Below, one piece after another: positions 11,920-25,139 of a stretch of DNA of 64,000 nucleotides; the first letter of the stretch is position 1, and each line of letters opens with the position of its first letter. A program made the position numbers and the translations under genes. The DNA is from Scyliorhinus canicula (lineage: Eukaryota): contig NC_052152.1 of NCBI RefSeq assembly GCF_902713615.1, positions 37,919,810 to 37,983,809 on the forward strand. The letters run 5' to 3'. The notes below the pieces were generated by a model. That model worked only from the letters and a program-made list of their open reading frames with translations, searched no databases and was not told the DNA's origin.

Positions 11920-13633
11920 CTGAATAAATTGATTTAATACATTTGTATATTTCAAAATGTGCTACAACAATTTAAGTCAATTAGTAACTAGGTAGTTATC
12001 AACTAATTGAAGAACTGCAAAATACTGCCATCTATCTAGCTCCCTTTGAGATCTTTAAAATTATTAATGGATTTTATGGGGCAGATATAAAGAATATGTC
12101 TCCACTTATAAAGGAGTGCAAATCTGGGAATGATAAATACACTCCTGTCACTACAAATCCAGTGAATAACTTGGGAAGTTTCTTTACTCAGAGCTTGGTG
12201 AGAACATGGAACGTGCTACAACATGGAGCGTTTGAAGGCAGTAGCATGGATGTAACTTTGGGGATACAAGCTAAGTACATGAGAGAGAAAGGCATAGGTA
12301 TGCTGATACCACGACATATTGAGCATGCCGTACATAGACATTGTCAAAAGAAATGTTTAACAGCTCAAGAAAAGTCAGTCTGGGCAGCACGGTGGTGTAG
12401 TGGGTTAGCCCTGCTGCCTCACGGCGCCAAGGTCCCAGGTTCGTTCCCGCCTCTGGGTCACTGTCTGTGTGGCTTTTGCACATTTTCCACGTATCTGTGT
12501 GGGTTTCGCCCCCACAACTCAAAGGTGTTCAGAGTTGGTGGATTGGCCAAGCTAAATTGCCCCTTAATTGGAAAAAATTAATTGGGTACTCTCAATTTAT
12601 TTAAAAAAAAGAATAGTCAGTCGACAGAATGGTTTAGCACAGGGCTAAAGAGCTGGCTTTGAAAGCAGACCAAGGCAGGCCAGCAGCACGGTTCAATTCC
12701 CGTACCAACCTCCCCGAACAGGTGCTGGAATGTGGCGATTAGAGGCTTTTCACAGTAACTTCATTTGAAGCCTACTTGTGACACTAAGCGATTTTCATTT
12801 CATTTCCTCTATTAAGTTATCTTGATTGCAAATGCTTTATATTATTTACTATATTACACTTCAAACAAATGAACTTTACTGGTGAGCATTTTTTTTCTCA
12901 TCGTTAATTGAACTTGCATTGTGTGGCACGTACATAGAACATACATGCAGAAGGAGGCCATTCGGCCCAGCGAGTCTTCACTTCCACCCTACTCCGTAAC
13001 CCAATAGCCCCATCTAACCGTTTTGGTCACTAAGGGCAATTTATCATGGCAAATCCACCTAACCAGCACGTCTTTGGACTGTGGGAAGCACCTGGAGGAA
13101 ACCCACGCAGACACGGGGAGAACGTGCAGACTCCACACAGACAGTGACCCAGCGGGGATTCGAGCCTGGGACCCAAGCGCTGTGAAGCCACAGTGCTATC
13201 CACTTGTGCTACCGTAATAGAATTCTTTTTTATATCTCATCTACTGGTTCCCCTTTATCTACTCTACTAGTTACATCCTCATAAATCTCTAATAAACTTG
13301 TCAAGCACTATTTCTCTTTCATAAAACCATGATGGACTTTGTCTGATCATACTTGGAAAAGAGAGAGGATGGAAATTGGGGTCAAAAGAAAAACTCTACA
13401 TGTGTCGTTTCTCAAAGGTATTTTTACAGCTCCCATTTTTAGTTAACAAATTGGGTTAGATTCTCTGTGGTTGCCATTGTAAATGAATCAAAGAGAACAT
13501 AACACTTTTTCCTCTCATTAAAAGTTTGTTACTTTACTTTGTATTGGGCAGGTATGGAGCTATTTTGCCTCCAACCTTTCCTAAAGGAAACTTTAAAAGA
13601 TCAATCTACGGGTTATAACAAAATATTACTTAC

Positions 13634-13872
13634 AAATACCAATTCTTGCTTTGGGACGGTTTTTTTCCTGGTAGGTCGTGGAGGAACATTGGATCTTCCC
13701 TCAGAATTACTCAATTCATCATCAGTTTCATTGCTATCCTCCAGCATCGGGGTATCTATTCCCAGCTGCTCCAGGATTTCCATTGTATCGGCAGACACCA
13801 ACTTGTTTCGATCGACTTTCTCCTTGCATGGAATACATTCTCGGATATAATCTTTCACTTGCTTAAAAATAC
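13634..13872 (-). CDS. ZBTB11: ZBTB11 coding exon 2 (239 bp)
   Basis: ttttcag| acceptor; reads (G)IFKQVKDYIRECIPC...KQELVF; donor GTAAGT; phase fits exon 1 (310+239=549). Confidence 0.95.
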
Positions 13873-15847
13873 CTGAAAATAAAACAAAATGTCATCAGAA
13901 ATATAGAAGATTTGCAGGTGCACAGTCAGTTCTCCCAATTCCATGAAAAAAACCTAAAGTGCAGAGAAAATAAATCCAAAGTTGGGACCATAAAATTTAA
14001 CATTTATGATTCACTGACAATTAGTCTTTGAAAGGTAAACTTAACTCAGTTTGAAACAAGTTTGAAAAAGGTGACTTAAAAAGTACTAAATTGCACTTTT
14101 AAAAAATCTTTTCCAAAACCCACCGTCACGAATAGAATGAGATATTTTCTGTGTAGTTTTCCTTATCTAGTGGAAAACTGAAAAACAAACCAGATTTCAA
14201 ATATTTTACATTGAAAATAACATTGTGTAGGGTTGGTGCCACTTTAATAACCTAATCACAATTGTACAAAATATTATTTTTTCTATCTCAACTCCCACAC
14301 ACTTTTCTGTAGGTCCTTTCAAAACACAAAACAACAAAAAAATAAACACACTATACAATATTCTGTATATGTCACACCTCAAGAGTTATATAATGCCCTT
14401 GGATGAAACATTTAAACTTAAAATATCATCTAAGTGAATCCTTTACGCAATGAAATTCTGCTCTGTTCACGATATAACAGTCCCTTCTCTAATTTGCTGC
14501 ACCTTGATCAAAATATGGGAAAGAATATTCATTCTGGTGCTTCTGGGAATGTTATTAGAAACTGAGCATAAGCAACAAAAGTTGAACTATGTCACAATTG
14601 TTTCCTGCTCCCTGGAAAATAATTTTTGCTCACCATCTCATCTGGACAGCCAACAAAGAGATTGAAATGCCTACACATAAATAGTTTGCAGGGCATGCAA
14701 TTCCTGTCCACAAACCTTCTGACCTCATCCTGATTTTAGGCATACATTTTGTAATTAGCTATGTCAGAAATGTTAAACTAGTCGCTATGTCTTTTTTTTA
14801 AAAATAATTTTTATTGGAATTTTTTGAAAAATATAAATCAACAAAACAATAATAACAATAATAGTAATAAACACCCCCCCCCCCCCGGCACCCGTAACAA
14901 CGCAAATAACAACCCCCTCCCCACCCCAATAAACAATATAAATAAGCAAATTAACTTAAACACCATCCCCCTAAACCACCCCCCTCTCCTTGCCCCCCTC
15001 CTCGCCCCCCTCCTCTCCCCCCTCCTCCTCTCTCTTCCCTCTCCCCCCCGGGCTGCTACCTTATCGCTGAGCCAGAAAGCCGAGGAAAGGCTGCCACCTC
15101 CTAAAGAACCCTTGTACCGACCCCCTCAGGGCGAATTTGACCCTCTCCAGCTGAATGAATCCCGCCATGTCATTAATCCAGGTCTCCACGCTCGGAGGTC
15201 TCGCATCTTTCCACTGCAGCAAGATCCTCTGCCGGGCTACTAGGGACGCAAAGGCCAAGACATCAGCCTCTTTCGCCTCCTGCACTCCCGGCTCCACCCC
15301 AACCCCAAATATCGCGAATCCCCAGCCTGGCTTGTCCCTGGATCCCACCACCCTCGCCACCGTCCTCGCCACCCCCTTCCAGAACTCCTCCAGTGCCTGG
15401 CATGTCCAGAACATATGGGCATGGTTCGCTGGACTCCCCGAACTGACGCACCTGTCTTCGCCCCCAAAGAACCAACTCATCCGAGATCCGGACATGTGGG
15501 CCCGGTGCAGCACCTTGAACTGGATGAGACTAAGCCTCGCACATGAAGAGGAGGAGTTCACCCTCTCCAGGGCGTCCGCCCATGTCCCCCTCTCAATCTG
15601 CTTCCCCAGCTCCACCTCCCACTTAGCCTTCAGCTCCCCACCGACGCCTCTCCCACCTCCTGCATTACCTGGTAGATGTCAGACACCTTCCCATCCCCTA
15701 CCCACACCCCCGAAAGCACCCTATCCCTTACCCCCCCGCGGGAGCAGCAAAGGGAACCCCTCCACCTGTCGCCTAGCAAACGCCTTGACTTGAAAGTACC
15801 TGAACATATTCCCCGGGGGGAGCTCAAATTCTCCTCCAGTTCACCAA

Positions 15848-16036
15848 GGGGCTGTTTAGGGGCTGGTTTAGCTCACCAGGCTAAATCGCTGGCTTTTAAA
15901 GCAGACCAGCACGGTTCGATTCCCGTACCAGCCTCCCCGGACAGGCGCCGGAATGTGGCGACTAGGGGCTTTTCACAGTAACTTCATTGAAGCCTACTCG
16001 TGACAATAAGCGATTTTCATCTTTTTTTTCATTTTC
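15848..16036 (+). mobile_element. tRNA-derived SINE (GGCTGGTTTAGC family, CATTT tail) inserted in L1 ORF2
   Basis: Absent at the homologous position of copy B (about 52580); flanked by CAAGG; same family at about 12630-12805, 22503-22684, 23719-23834, 36978-37136 and 59576-59687. Confidence 0.85.
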
Positions 16037-17833
16037 AAGGCTCGCGAACCTCCCGTCGATAAACAGGTCTCCCAACTTCTTAATGCCTGCCCTGTGCCAC
16101 CCCAGGAACCCGCCATCCATGTTCCCTGGGACAAACCGGTGGTTCCCCCGCAGCGGGGCCTCCACCGAGCCCACCACTTCCTTCCTGTGTCGCCTCCACT
16201 GCCCCCAAATTTTGAGGGTAGCCACCACCACCGGGTTCGTAGTGTACCTCGTTGGAGGGAGCGGCATTGTTACCAGTGCCTTCAGGCTCGTGCCTTCACA
16301 GGACGCCATCTCCATCCGTTTCCATGCTGCCCCCTCCCCATCCATTACCCACTTACGTACCATTGAGACGTTAGCCGCCCAATAGTACCCAGAGAGGTTG
16401 GGCAGCGCCAGCCCATCTCTATCCCTGCCCCGCTGCAAAAAGACCCTCCTTACCCTCGGAGTCCCGTGCCCCAAACAAATCCCAGAATGCTGCTGTTCAC
16501 CCTCCTAAAAAAGGCCCTCGGAACGAAAATGGGGAGGCACTGAAATAAAAACAAAAACCTCAGGAGCACCGTCATTTTAACTGACTGTACTCTACCCGCC
16601 AACGACAACGGCAGCATGTCCCACCTTTTAAATTCCTCCTCCATCTGCTCCACCAACCTAGTAAAATTGAGCTTGTGCAGAGTCCCCCAGCTCCTAGCCA
16701 CCTGAACCCCCAGGTACCTAAAACTCCTCACTGCCCTCTTTAGCGGAAGCCTACCAATCCCTTCCTCCTGATCTCCCGGGTGTACGGGAGCTCACTCTTG
16801 CCCAGGTTCAATTTATATCCCGAGAAACTCCCGAACTCAGCAAGAATGTCCATCACCTCCGGCATTCCCCCCACCGGGTCTGCTACATACAACAGCAAGT
16901 CGTCCGCATACAGCGACACTCGGTGCTCCTCCCCACCTCACACCAAACCCCTCCACCTCCTCGACTCCCTGAGAGCCATAGCAAGAGGCTCAATTGCCAG
17001 CGCAAAAAGCAAGGGGGACAGGGGGCACCCCTGCCTCGTCCCACAGTGGAGCCTGAAGTACTCGGATCTCCTCCCATTTGTCGCTACACTCACCATCGGG
17101 GCCTCGTACAGCAACCTCACCCATTTAATAAACCCCACCCCAAACCCGAACCTCTCCAACACCTCCCACAAGTACCCCCACTCAACCCTGTCAAAGGCCT
17201 TCTCCGCATCCAATGCCACCACAATCTCCGCCTCTCCTTCTGCTGCCAGCATCATTATCACATTTAGCAGCCTTCGCACGTTAGTGTTCAGCTGCCTCCC
17301 CTTCACAAAACCCGTCTGATCTTCATGTATCACCCCTGGCAACCAGTCCTCTATTCTAGTGGCCAAGGTCTTGGCCAGCAACTTGGCGTCTACATTCAGC
17401 AGTGAAATCGGCCTGTATGATCCGCACTGCAAGGGGTCCTTATCACGCTTCAGGATCAGGGAGATTAGCGCCCGAGACATCGTCGGGGGCAGAACACCCC
17501 CCTCCCATGCCTCGTTGAAGGTCCTAACCAACAGGGGGCCCAGCATGTCCGCATATTTCTTATAAAATTCAACCGGGAACCCATCCGGTCCCGGCGCCTT
17601 CCCCGACTGCATGTGGCCAATCCCACTGACCAGCTCCTCCAACTCGATCGGCGCCCCCAGTCCCTCCACCTGGTCCTCCTGCACCCTTGGAAATCGGAGC
17701 CTGTCCAAAAAACTCTCCATTCCCCCTCCCACCGCCGGCGGCTCCGACCGGTACAGTTCCCTATAGAAGTCCCTAAAGACCTCATTGACCTCTGCCCCCT
17801 GCCGCACCACATTCCCAACTCTATCCTTCACTC

Positions 17834-18702
17834 TGAGAATGTGAAGCAAGGGTTAATAGCTAGAACCATCCAGAATTAATGGGACACATTAGTGGAAATT
17901 TACTAAGGAGGGAGTTATTATTGAATTTGTGAGCCGATTCATGACTGTAAGCCAAATAGCCTTGAGAAACAAGGAAGATGGCTGGATGACGGAATATGAA
18001 ATGTAAGAGCCATTGATAAATCATGGCTGGACACCTGGTGTTTTGCTAAAATTGCTATACGCTCCTGTGCCAATAGATAACCTCAATGTCTGTAAAATTA
18101 TGTATTGAAAATATGACAATAAAAAAATTAATCATGTACTAAACATTTGGTAAAAACAAGCTGTAATCTGTACTGGAGGCAAGCTCAAGTGAATGTAAGG
18201 GACAGCCCCTTTAAAAAACCATATAAAGATAGGATGCTTTGGGCAAAACTTTGGCACACTCAGAGGTGTTTCTTTGGAATACCTAGAGGGCTGCCCAATA
18301 AAGAATATTCTAAGTACGAGCGTGTTCGAGACTGTTTATAGAACAGTACAGCACAGAACAGGCCCTTCGGCCCTCGATGTTGTGCCGAGCAATGATCACC
18401 CTACTTAAACCCACGTAACCCGTATACCCGCAACCCAACATTAACCTTACACTACGGGCAATTTAGCATGGCCAATCCACCTAACCCGCACATCTTTGGA
18501 CTGTGGGAGGAAACCGGAGCACCCGGAGGAAACCCACGCACACACGGGGTGGATGTGCAGACTCCACACAGACAGTGACCCAGCCGGGAATCGAACCTGG
18601 GACCCTGGAGCTGTGAAGCATTGATGCTAACCACCATGCTACCGTGAGGCCCCTCCTGTTTCTTCCGGACAGATAGACAAGTGAATTAAAGAGACGTTCA
18701 CA
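17834..18702 (+). mobile_element. Solo LTR inserted in L1 ORF2 (contains a SINE)
   Basis: TG...CA ends with imperfect inverted termini (TGAGAATGT / ACGTTCACA); 4-bp TSD ACTC; the homologous site in L1 copy B (about 54380) is empty; TATAAA at 18222 and AATAAA at 18297. Confidence 0.85.
18338..18655 (-). mobile_element. HE1/V-SINE-type tRNA SINE inside the solo LTR
   Basis: tRNA-like head with B box GGTTCGATTCCC, V-domain, CR1-like tail; flanked by CTGTTT repeats. Confidence 0.85.
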
Positions 18703-21700
18703 ACTCCACCAATCTCCCTAGCCGCGTCCCGCTTACGAAGCTGATGCGCCAGCATCCTGCTCACCTTCTCTCCGTACTCATAGACTGCTCCCTGCGCCTT
18801 CCTCCACTGTGTCTCCACCTTTCTGGTGGTCAATAAATCAAACTTGGCCTGCAGGCTACGCCGCTCCCCCAGCAATCCCTCCTCCGGGGCCTCCACGTAC
18901 CTCCTATCCACACTCAACAGCTCCTCCACCAGTCTCTCCCTCTCCCCCCTCTCCCTATGGGCTAGGATGGAGATCAGCTCCCCCCTAATCACTGCCTTCA
19001 GAGCCTCCCACACCATCCCCACCTGGACCTCCCCAGTATCATTGACCTCAAGGTAACTCTCGATACATCCCCGAACCCTCCCACACGCCTCCTCACCAGC
19101 CAACAACCCCACGTCCAGACGCCAAAGTGGGCGCTGGTCCCGCACCTCCCCCATCTCCAGATCCACCCAATGCGGATCATGGTCCGAAATTGCAATAGTC
19201 GAATACTCGGCCTCCCCCACCCTCGGGACCGGTCCCCTACTCAAAACAAAGAAATCAATGCGGGAATAAACCCTGTGCACATGGGAGAAAAAAAAGAGAA
19301 CTCCCGAGCCCTCGGCCTCCCGAACCTCCAGGGATCCACTCCTCCCATCTGGTCCATAAACCCCCTCAACACCTTGCCCGCCGCCGGCCTCCTGCCTGTC
19401 CTTGAACTAGAACGATCCAGTACGGGATCCAGCACCGTATTGAAGTCCCCCAACCCCATGATCAAGTCCCCCACCTCCAGGCCAGGAATGTGGCCCAACA
19501 TACGCCTCATGAAACCAGCATCATCCCAATTTGGGGAGTACACGTTAACCAACACTACCCTCTCCCCCTGCAGCTTATCGCTCACCATCACATATCTGCC
19601 GCCACTATCAGCCACAACCTCAGACGCCTCAAACACCACCCTCTTCCCCACCAGGATCGCCACCCCCCGGTTCTTCAAATCGAGCCCTGAGTGGAAAACC
19701 TGCCCCACCCACCCCTTCCTCAGACGGACCTGGTCCGCCACCTTCAGGTGGGTCTCCTGGAGCATGGCCACGTCTGCCTTCAGCCCCTTCAGATGCGAAA
19801 ACACCCGGGCCCGCTTAACCGGCCCATTCAACCCCCTCACGTTTCACGTAATCAGCCGGATCAGGGGGCACCCTGCCCCCCCTCCCCCGTCGACTAGCCA
19901 TAGCCCATCGACTGCTCGCCCCTGGCCAGCACCCACTCGGCCCGTTTCCCATGGCGCTAGAACCTCACCCCGACCCCCACCAACTCCTCCCTGGCCAATC
20001 CAGCAGCAACCCGGTATTCCCCCCCCCCAAAGGCTAGGGCCCCTCCTAGCCGCGACCCTCCCTCCATAGTACTCCCGTGAGCCAGCTGACGTCTGCTGAC
20101 CCCGGCAGCTCCCGCTCTAACTCCGACCCCTCCCAATATGAGGTCCCCCTCCTCCCCTGCATCATCTCCTTGGCACCGCTTCAACGCGGGAAACCCTGAC
20201 TAATAACCACGCCCCTCGCCCCCAGCTCCACCCCCTCATCCCACAGCACAGGAAACCAGAGAAAAGCCCGCGCTTTCACACTGCCCCACCCACGCAGCTC
20301 CCAAACCGCAGTCCCAACCCAACCACCAACTCCGTACAAAGACACAGATCAACCACAAACCCCAGTACCCCACTTAGAACACAAAACCATAACCCACATC
20401 GTCTGAAAGCGAGAGAAAAAACAGAAACAAACAGAATAACACGCTACAGCATAAACAATGATACAGAAATAGAAAATCTCCCACAGCCCCCAATCTCTAG
20501 TTTGAGTCCAGCTTTTCAGCCTGCACAAAGGCCCACGCTTCCTCCGGGGACTCAAAGTAGTGATGCCGGTCCTTGTAGGTGACCCACAGGCGGAAACATG
20601 CCGAACTTCACCTGCTTTCCATGGAGCACCACCTTCGTCCGGTTAAATCCGGCTCTCCACTTGGCCACCTCCACACTCCAGTCCTGGTAGATACGCACTA
20701 CCGAATTCTCCCACTTACTACTCCTCACCTTCTTGGCCCATCGGAGAACACCCTCCCGGTCACTGAACCGATGGAACCGCACCAGCACCGCCCGCAGGGG
20801 TTTATTCGCCTTAGGCCGCCTGGCCAGTACTCTGTGGGCCCCCTCCAGCTCCGGGGGCAGATGGAAGGATCCTGCCCCCACCAGCGAGTTCAACATCACA
20901 GCCACATAGGCCGGCAGGTCCGACCCCTCCAGCCCCTCCTTGAGGCCCAGAATCCGCAGGTTCTTCCTCCGTGACCGAAGCTCCATCTCCTCGAACCGAT
21001 CTTGTCACTTTTTATGAAGCGCCTCGTGTATCGCCGCCTTCCCCACGAGGGCCGAAACCTCCTCCTCGCGCTCAGAGGCCTGCTGCTGCAACTCAAGTAT
21101 CGCTGCACCCTGGGTTGTCTGGGTCTCCAGCAGCTTACTAGTCGTCACCTTCAGGGATTCCAACAACTCCCCTTTCAGCTCTGTAAAATAGCGCAGAAGA
21201 GCCACCTGCTGCTCCTCAGCCCACTGCCTCCACTCCTCAGGGGCTCCACCGGCCGCCATTTTATCCACCTTCCCCCGCTTTTCCAGGGGAGCTGCTGCCG
21301 TTTTTCTCCTCGTCCCACTTCGAGTCCGCACCATAAATCATGGGGGGTTTTGCTCCAGACCCCTTTATCTACCGGGAATCGTCGAATCAGCGCCGTTTGG
21401 GGCCCTTAAAAGAGCCCACAAGTCCTATTAACGCGGGAGCTGCCGAACGTGCAGCTTAGCTCCGCATAGCCGCAACCGGAAGCCTCAACTAGTCGCTATG
21501 TCACCTGTCACAACAAATTCAAGCTTCCAGCCACTACATGGCCCTGTGGAATTATTTTCTTAAATCTCTTTTATATCAAATTTATATACATCAAGTGAAC
21601 CTGGGCAACCTACTGTTCAGAAATAAAAAACAGTATTGCAAAATTGCATTGTTCTACTATTGCAAGACTAATGTCGTCAATGTCACTCCACAATCTGCTG

Positions 21701-23164
21701 AAACTGAGCTGATCATGATGGATTGCTTCAACTTACAAAAGGGCCACCTTCTCACTGTTATGCAGTTTCCTCCTCAAAAACTGACAAAGTTTGGTTATGG
21801 TTGACAGTACTGATCTGAATGCAACATAAATATCCAGTTGGAAGACAACTTCTGTTGCCCTCTCCTCCTCTACAACTTTCAGGAAATATTTTAGGCAGTA
21901 GTATGAGAAATTTGAAACATAACATGTGAGGAATGCAGAAACCTTCGGAGAAACAAGTTACCGAAGTTATGGTCTCCAAAGCTGCCATTAATATGAGTTT
22001 CAATTCGCGTCTTTCTGTATCTGTTATGAATTAATTGATAGAGTTTGAGAGATGTGATTGGTCAATACTTCGTATTTATATAGAGCTCTCAATGCAAGAA
22101 ACATCCTAAAACACTTCACACACACTTAGGGCAGCACGATAGCATTGTGGATAGCACAATTGCTTCACGGCTCCAGAGTCCCAGGTTCAATTCCAGCTTG
22201 GGTCACTGTCTGCGCGGAGTCTGCACATCCTCCCCGTGTGTGCGTGGGTTTCCTCCGGGTGCTCCGGTTTCCTCCCACAGTCCAAAGATGTGCAGGTTAG
22301 GTGGATTGGCCATGATAAATTGCCCTTAGTGTCCAAAAATGCCCTTAGTGTTGGGTGGGGTTACTGGGATAGGGTGGAGGTGTTGACCTTGGGTAGGGTG
22401 CTCTTTCCAAGAGCCGGTGCAGACTCGATGGGCCGAATGGCCTCCTTCTGCACTGTAAATTCTATGATATCAGTGTTATAATGAAAGTTTTGATGCCAAG
22501 CAGGGCTGGTTTAGCACAGGGCTAAATCGCTGGCTTTTAAAGCAGACCAAGGCAGGCCAGCAGCACGGTTCAATTCCGGTACCAGCCTCCCCGAACAGGC
22601 GCCGGAATGTGGCGACTCGGGGCTTTTCACAGTAACTTCATTGAAGCCTACTCGTGACAATAAGCGATTTTCATTTCATTTCATGTAAGGCAGATGGCCT
22701 TGGTCACAGGTAAATTTTAAGGAGTACCTTAAAGGACGAAGGACGGTTGGGTACATTTACAGAGGGAACCCCAGAGCTTGGTGCCTTGGCTATTGAAGAC
22801 ATGGTCACCGATGGTGCAGTGATGAAAAGTAGAGATGGTCAAGAGTACAAAATAGAGAATAAGAAAATAGAGAAGTACACAGCCAGGGGCCCAGGCTCAA
22901 TTTCAGCCTTGGCTCACTGTCTGTCTTGAATTTTTATGTTCTCTACATGTTGGTGTGGGTTACCCCTGGGTGCTCGGGTTTCCTCCCACAATCCAAAGAT
23001 GTACAGGTTAGATGGATTCGTCATGCTAAATTATCCCTTTGTGTTCAAAAGGTTAGGTGGGGTTACAGGGGTGGGGGCATGGGCTAAGACAGAGTGCTCT
23101 TTGGGAGGGTTGGTGCAGACTCAATGGATCAACGTACAGACTCAATGTACTGTAGGGATTCTAT

Positions 23165-23699
23165 GGGCGCGATTCTCCGCCCCCCCATGCCGGGTGGGAG
23201 AATAGCGGGAGGGCCTCCTGACATTTTTCACACCCTTCCGCTATTCTCCCCCCACCCACGCCACGAATCGCTGCTCGCCGTGATTCTCCGAGGCCGATGG
23301 GCCGAGCGGCCGGGCCGTTTGGGGCATCTGGGGGCCCGATTGGCACGGCAGTATCACGGCCGTGCCAAGGGGGGCATAGGCCTGCGATCGGTGCCCACAT
23401 CATGCCGCCACGTCTTGCGGGGCAGCTGAGGGAAAAGACGGCAACTGCGCAGGTTGCCGTTGTCCAACCTGCGCATGCGCTGCCGACGTCATCGGCCGTG
23501 ACAGCCGGCGTGACGCGCGGCCTTAATGACTGTCGTCAAGGCCGCGCCGCCGTGACGCACGGGGCCGCACTCCTAGCCCCGCCGGGGGGGGGGGGGGGGG
23601 GGAAAATCGGCCCCGGAAGTGGGCATGAAGGCTGCCGTGGGTCACGGCCTGTCCCACGGCAGCCTTTACGATTCTCTGCATTTGCGGAGAATCGCACCC
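23165..23699. mobile_element. GC-rich MITE, Harbinger-like
   Basis: TIRs GGGCGCGATTCTCCGC / GCGGAGAATCGCACCC; 3-bp flanks TAT/AAT; inserted in a SINE tail. Confidence 0.8.
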
Positions 23700-24091
23700 A
23701 ATGATTCAATCTGAGGACTCCCCGTACCAGCCTCCCCGAACAGGTGTCGGAATGTGGTGACTAGGGGCTTTTCACAGTAACTTCATTTGAAGCCCACTTG
23801 TGACAATAAGCGATTTTCATTTTCATTTTATTTCAGGAATGTGCGAGAAGTTACAAAGATAGGGAGGGGTGTGGCCATAGAGGGATTTGAAAACAAGGAT
23901 GAGAATTTTCAAAGTAAAGCATTATATAACTGGGAAACAATGTAGAACAGTGAGCAAAAATATGATGGATACATTGGACTTGGGAGGTTAGGGCACAGAA
24001 AGGTGTGTCTTGGATGCTTCACATTTAATGATAGTAGTACATGCGAGGGGAACCAACAGTGCATTGGAATAGTCATGTCTAGAGGAGTTAA

Positions 24092-24523
24092 GATGTGGAG
24101 ATGCCGGCGTTGGACTGGGGTGAGCACAGAAAGAAGTCTTACAACACCAGGTTAAAGTCCCACAGGTTTGTTTCAAACACGAGCTTTCGGAGCGCAGCTC
24201 CTTCCTCAGGTGAATGGAGAGGTATGTTCCAGAAACATTTATATAGACAAAGTCAGAGATGCTGGCCAATGCTTGGAATGCGAACATTTGCAGGTAATCA
24301 AATCATTACAGATCCAGAGAGAGGGGTAATCACAGGTTAAAGAGGTGAGAATTGTCTCAAGCCAGAACAGTTGGTAGGATTTCGCAAGTCCAGGCCAGAT
24401 GGTGGGGGGGTGGATGTAATGTGACATGAATCCAAGATCCCTGAGGAAGGAGCTGCGCTCCGAAAGCTCGTGTTTGAAACAAACCTGTGGGACTTTAACC
24501 TGGTGTTGTAAGACTTCTTACTG
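24092..24523 (-). mobile_element. Penelope-like element 3' fragment with inverted terminal copy
   Basis: TSD TAGAGGAGTTAA (24080-24091 and 24524-24535); ORF end DLGFMSHY typical of PLE GIY-YIG C-termini; inverted arm 24441-24523. Confidence 0.88.
24178..24212 (-). ncRNA. Minimal type-I hammerhead ribozyme motif (sense to ZBTB11 pre-mRNA)
   Basis: Minus strand CAC-CTGAGGA-A-GGAGC(TGC)GCTCC-GAAA-GC-TC-GTG. Confidence 0.7.
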
Positions 24524-24689
24524 TAGAGGAGTTAAATGCATGAATTACGGGTTTCAGTAAACAAACTGTGGCAGGATGGAGCTGGGTAATATTACAGAGA
24601 TGGAAATAGGCTGTTTTAGTGATGGTGTGAATATGTGGTCATATGACATCAAGGTCATGACCAATATGGTTCAGCCAAAGACATTTGTC

Positions 24690-25070
24690 ACTGACAAGTA
24701 GGAGCAGCAGTGTGTACCATCTACAAGGTCCACTGCAGTAATACATCAAAGTTCTTTAGACAGCACCTTCCAAACCCATGACCACTACCTTCAAGAAGGA
24801 CAAGAGCAGCAGATACCTGGGAATCCCACCATCTGGAATTTCTCCACCAAGTCACTCACCATCCCGACTTGGAAATATATCGCCGTTCCTTCATTGTTGC
24901 TGGTTCAAAACCTTGAAACTCCCTACCTAACAGCACGGTGGGTGTACCTACATCTCAGGGTGTGCAGCGCTTCAAGAAGACAGCTCACCACCACCTTCTG
25001 AAGGCCAACTAAGGATGGGTAAATAATGTTGGTCTCCCAAGTGAAGCCCACATCCCGTAAATGATTTTTA
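24690..25070 (+). mobile_element. LINE 3' fragment (CR1/L2 group); family also at about 48990-49555
   Basis: Shared blocks GCAGCAGTGTGTACCAT...CCTTCATTGT...TCCCTACCTAAC...CACCTTCT and a common 3' tail. Confidence 0.6.
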
Positions 25071-25139
25071 AAAATTTGGTTACGTAACAAAGTTGGAGCA
25101 GGATGAAAGACAATTGTTGAAATTGTCCGTTTGAGTGAT

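Larger units (their letters stand above)
14792..21486 (-). mobile_element. Full-length, inactivated L1-clade LINE (copy A) in ZBTB11 intron 1
   Basis: Perfect 16-bp TSD AACTAGTCGCTATGTC (14776-14791 and 21487-21502); ORF1 pieces 21334-20552; ORF2 APE (RGLNGPVKR, LQETH, GDFN, SDH), RT (YRPISLLN, ALDAEKAFDRV, QGCPLSP) and CCHC region; AATAAA and A-tail; frameshifts and nested insertions. Confidence 0.95.
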
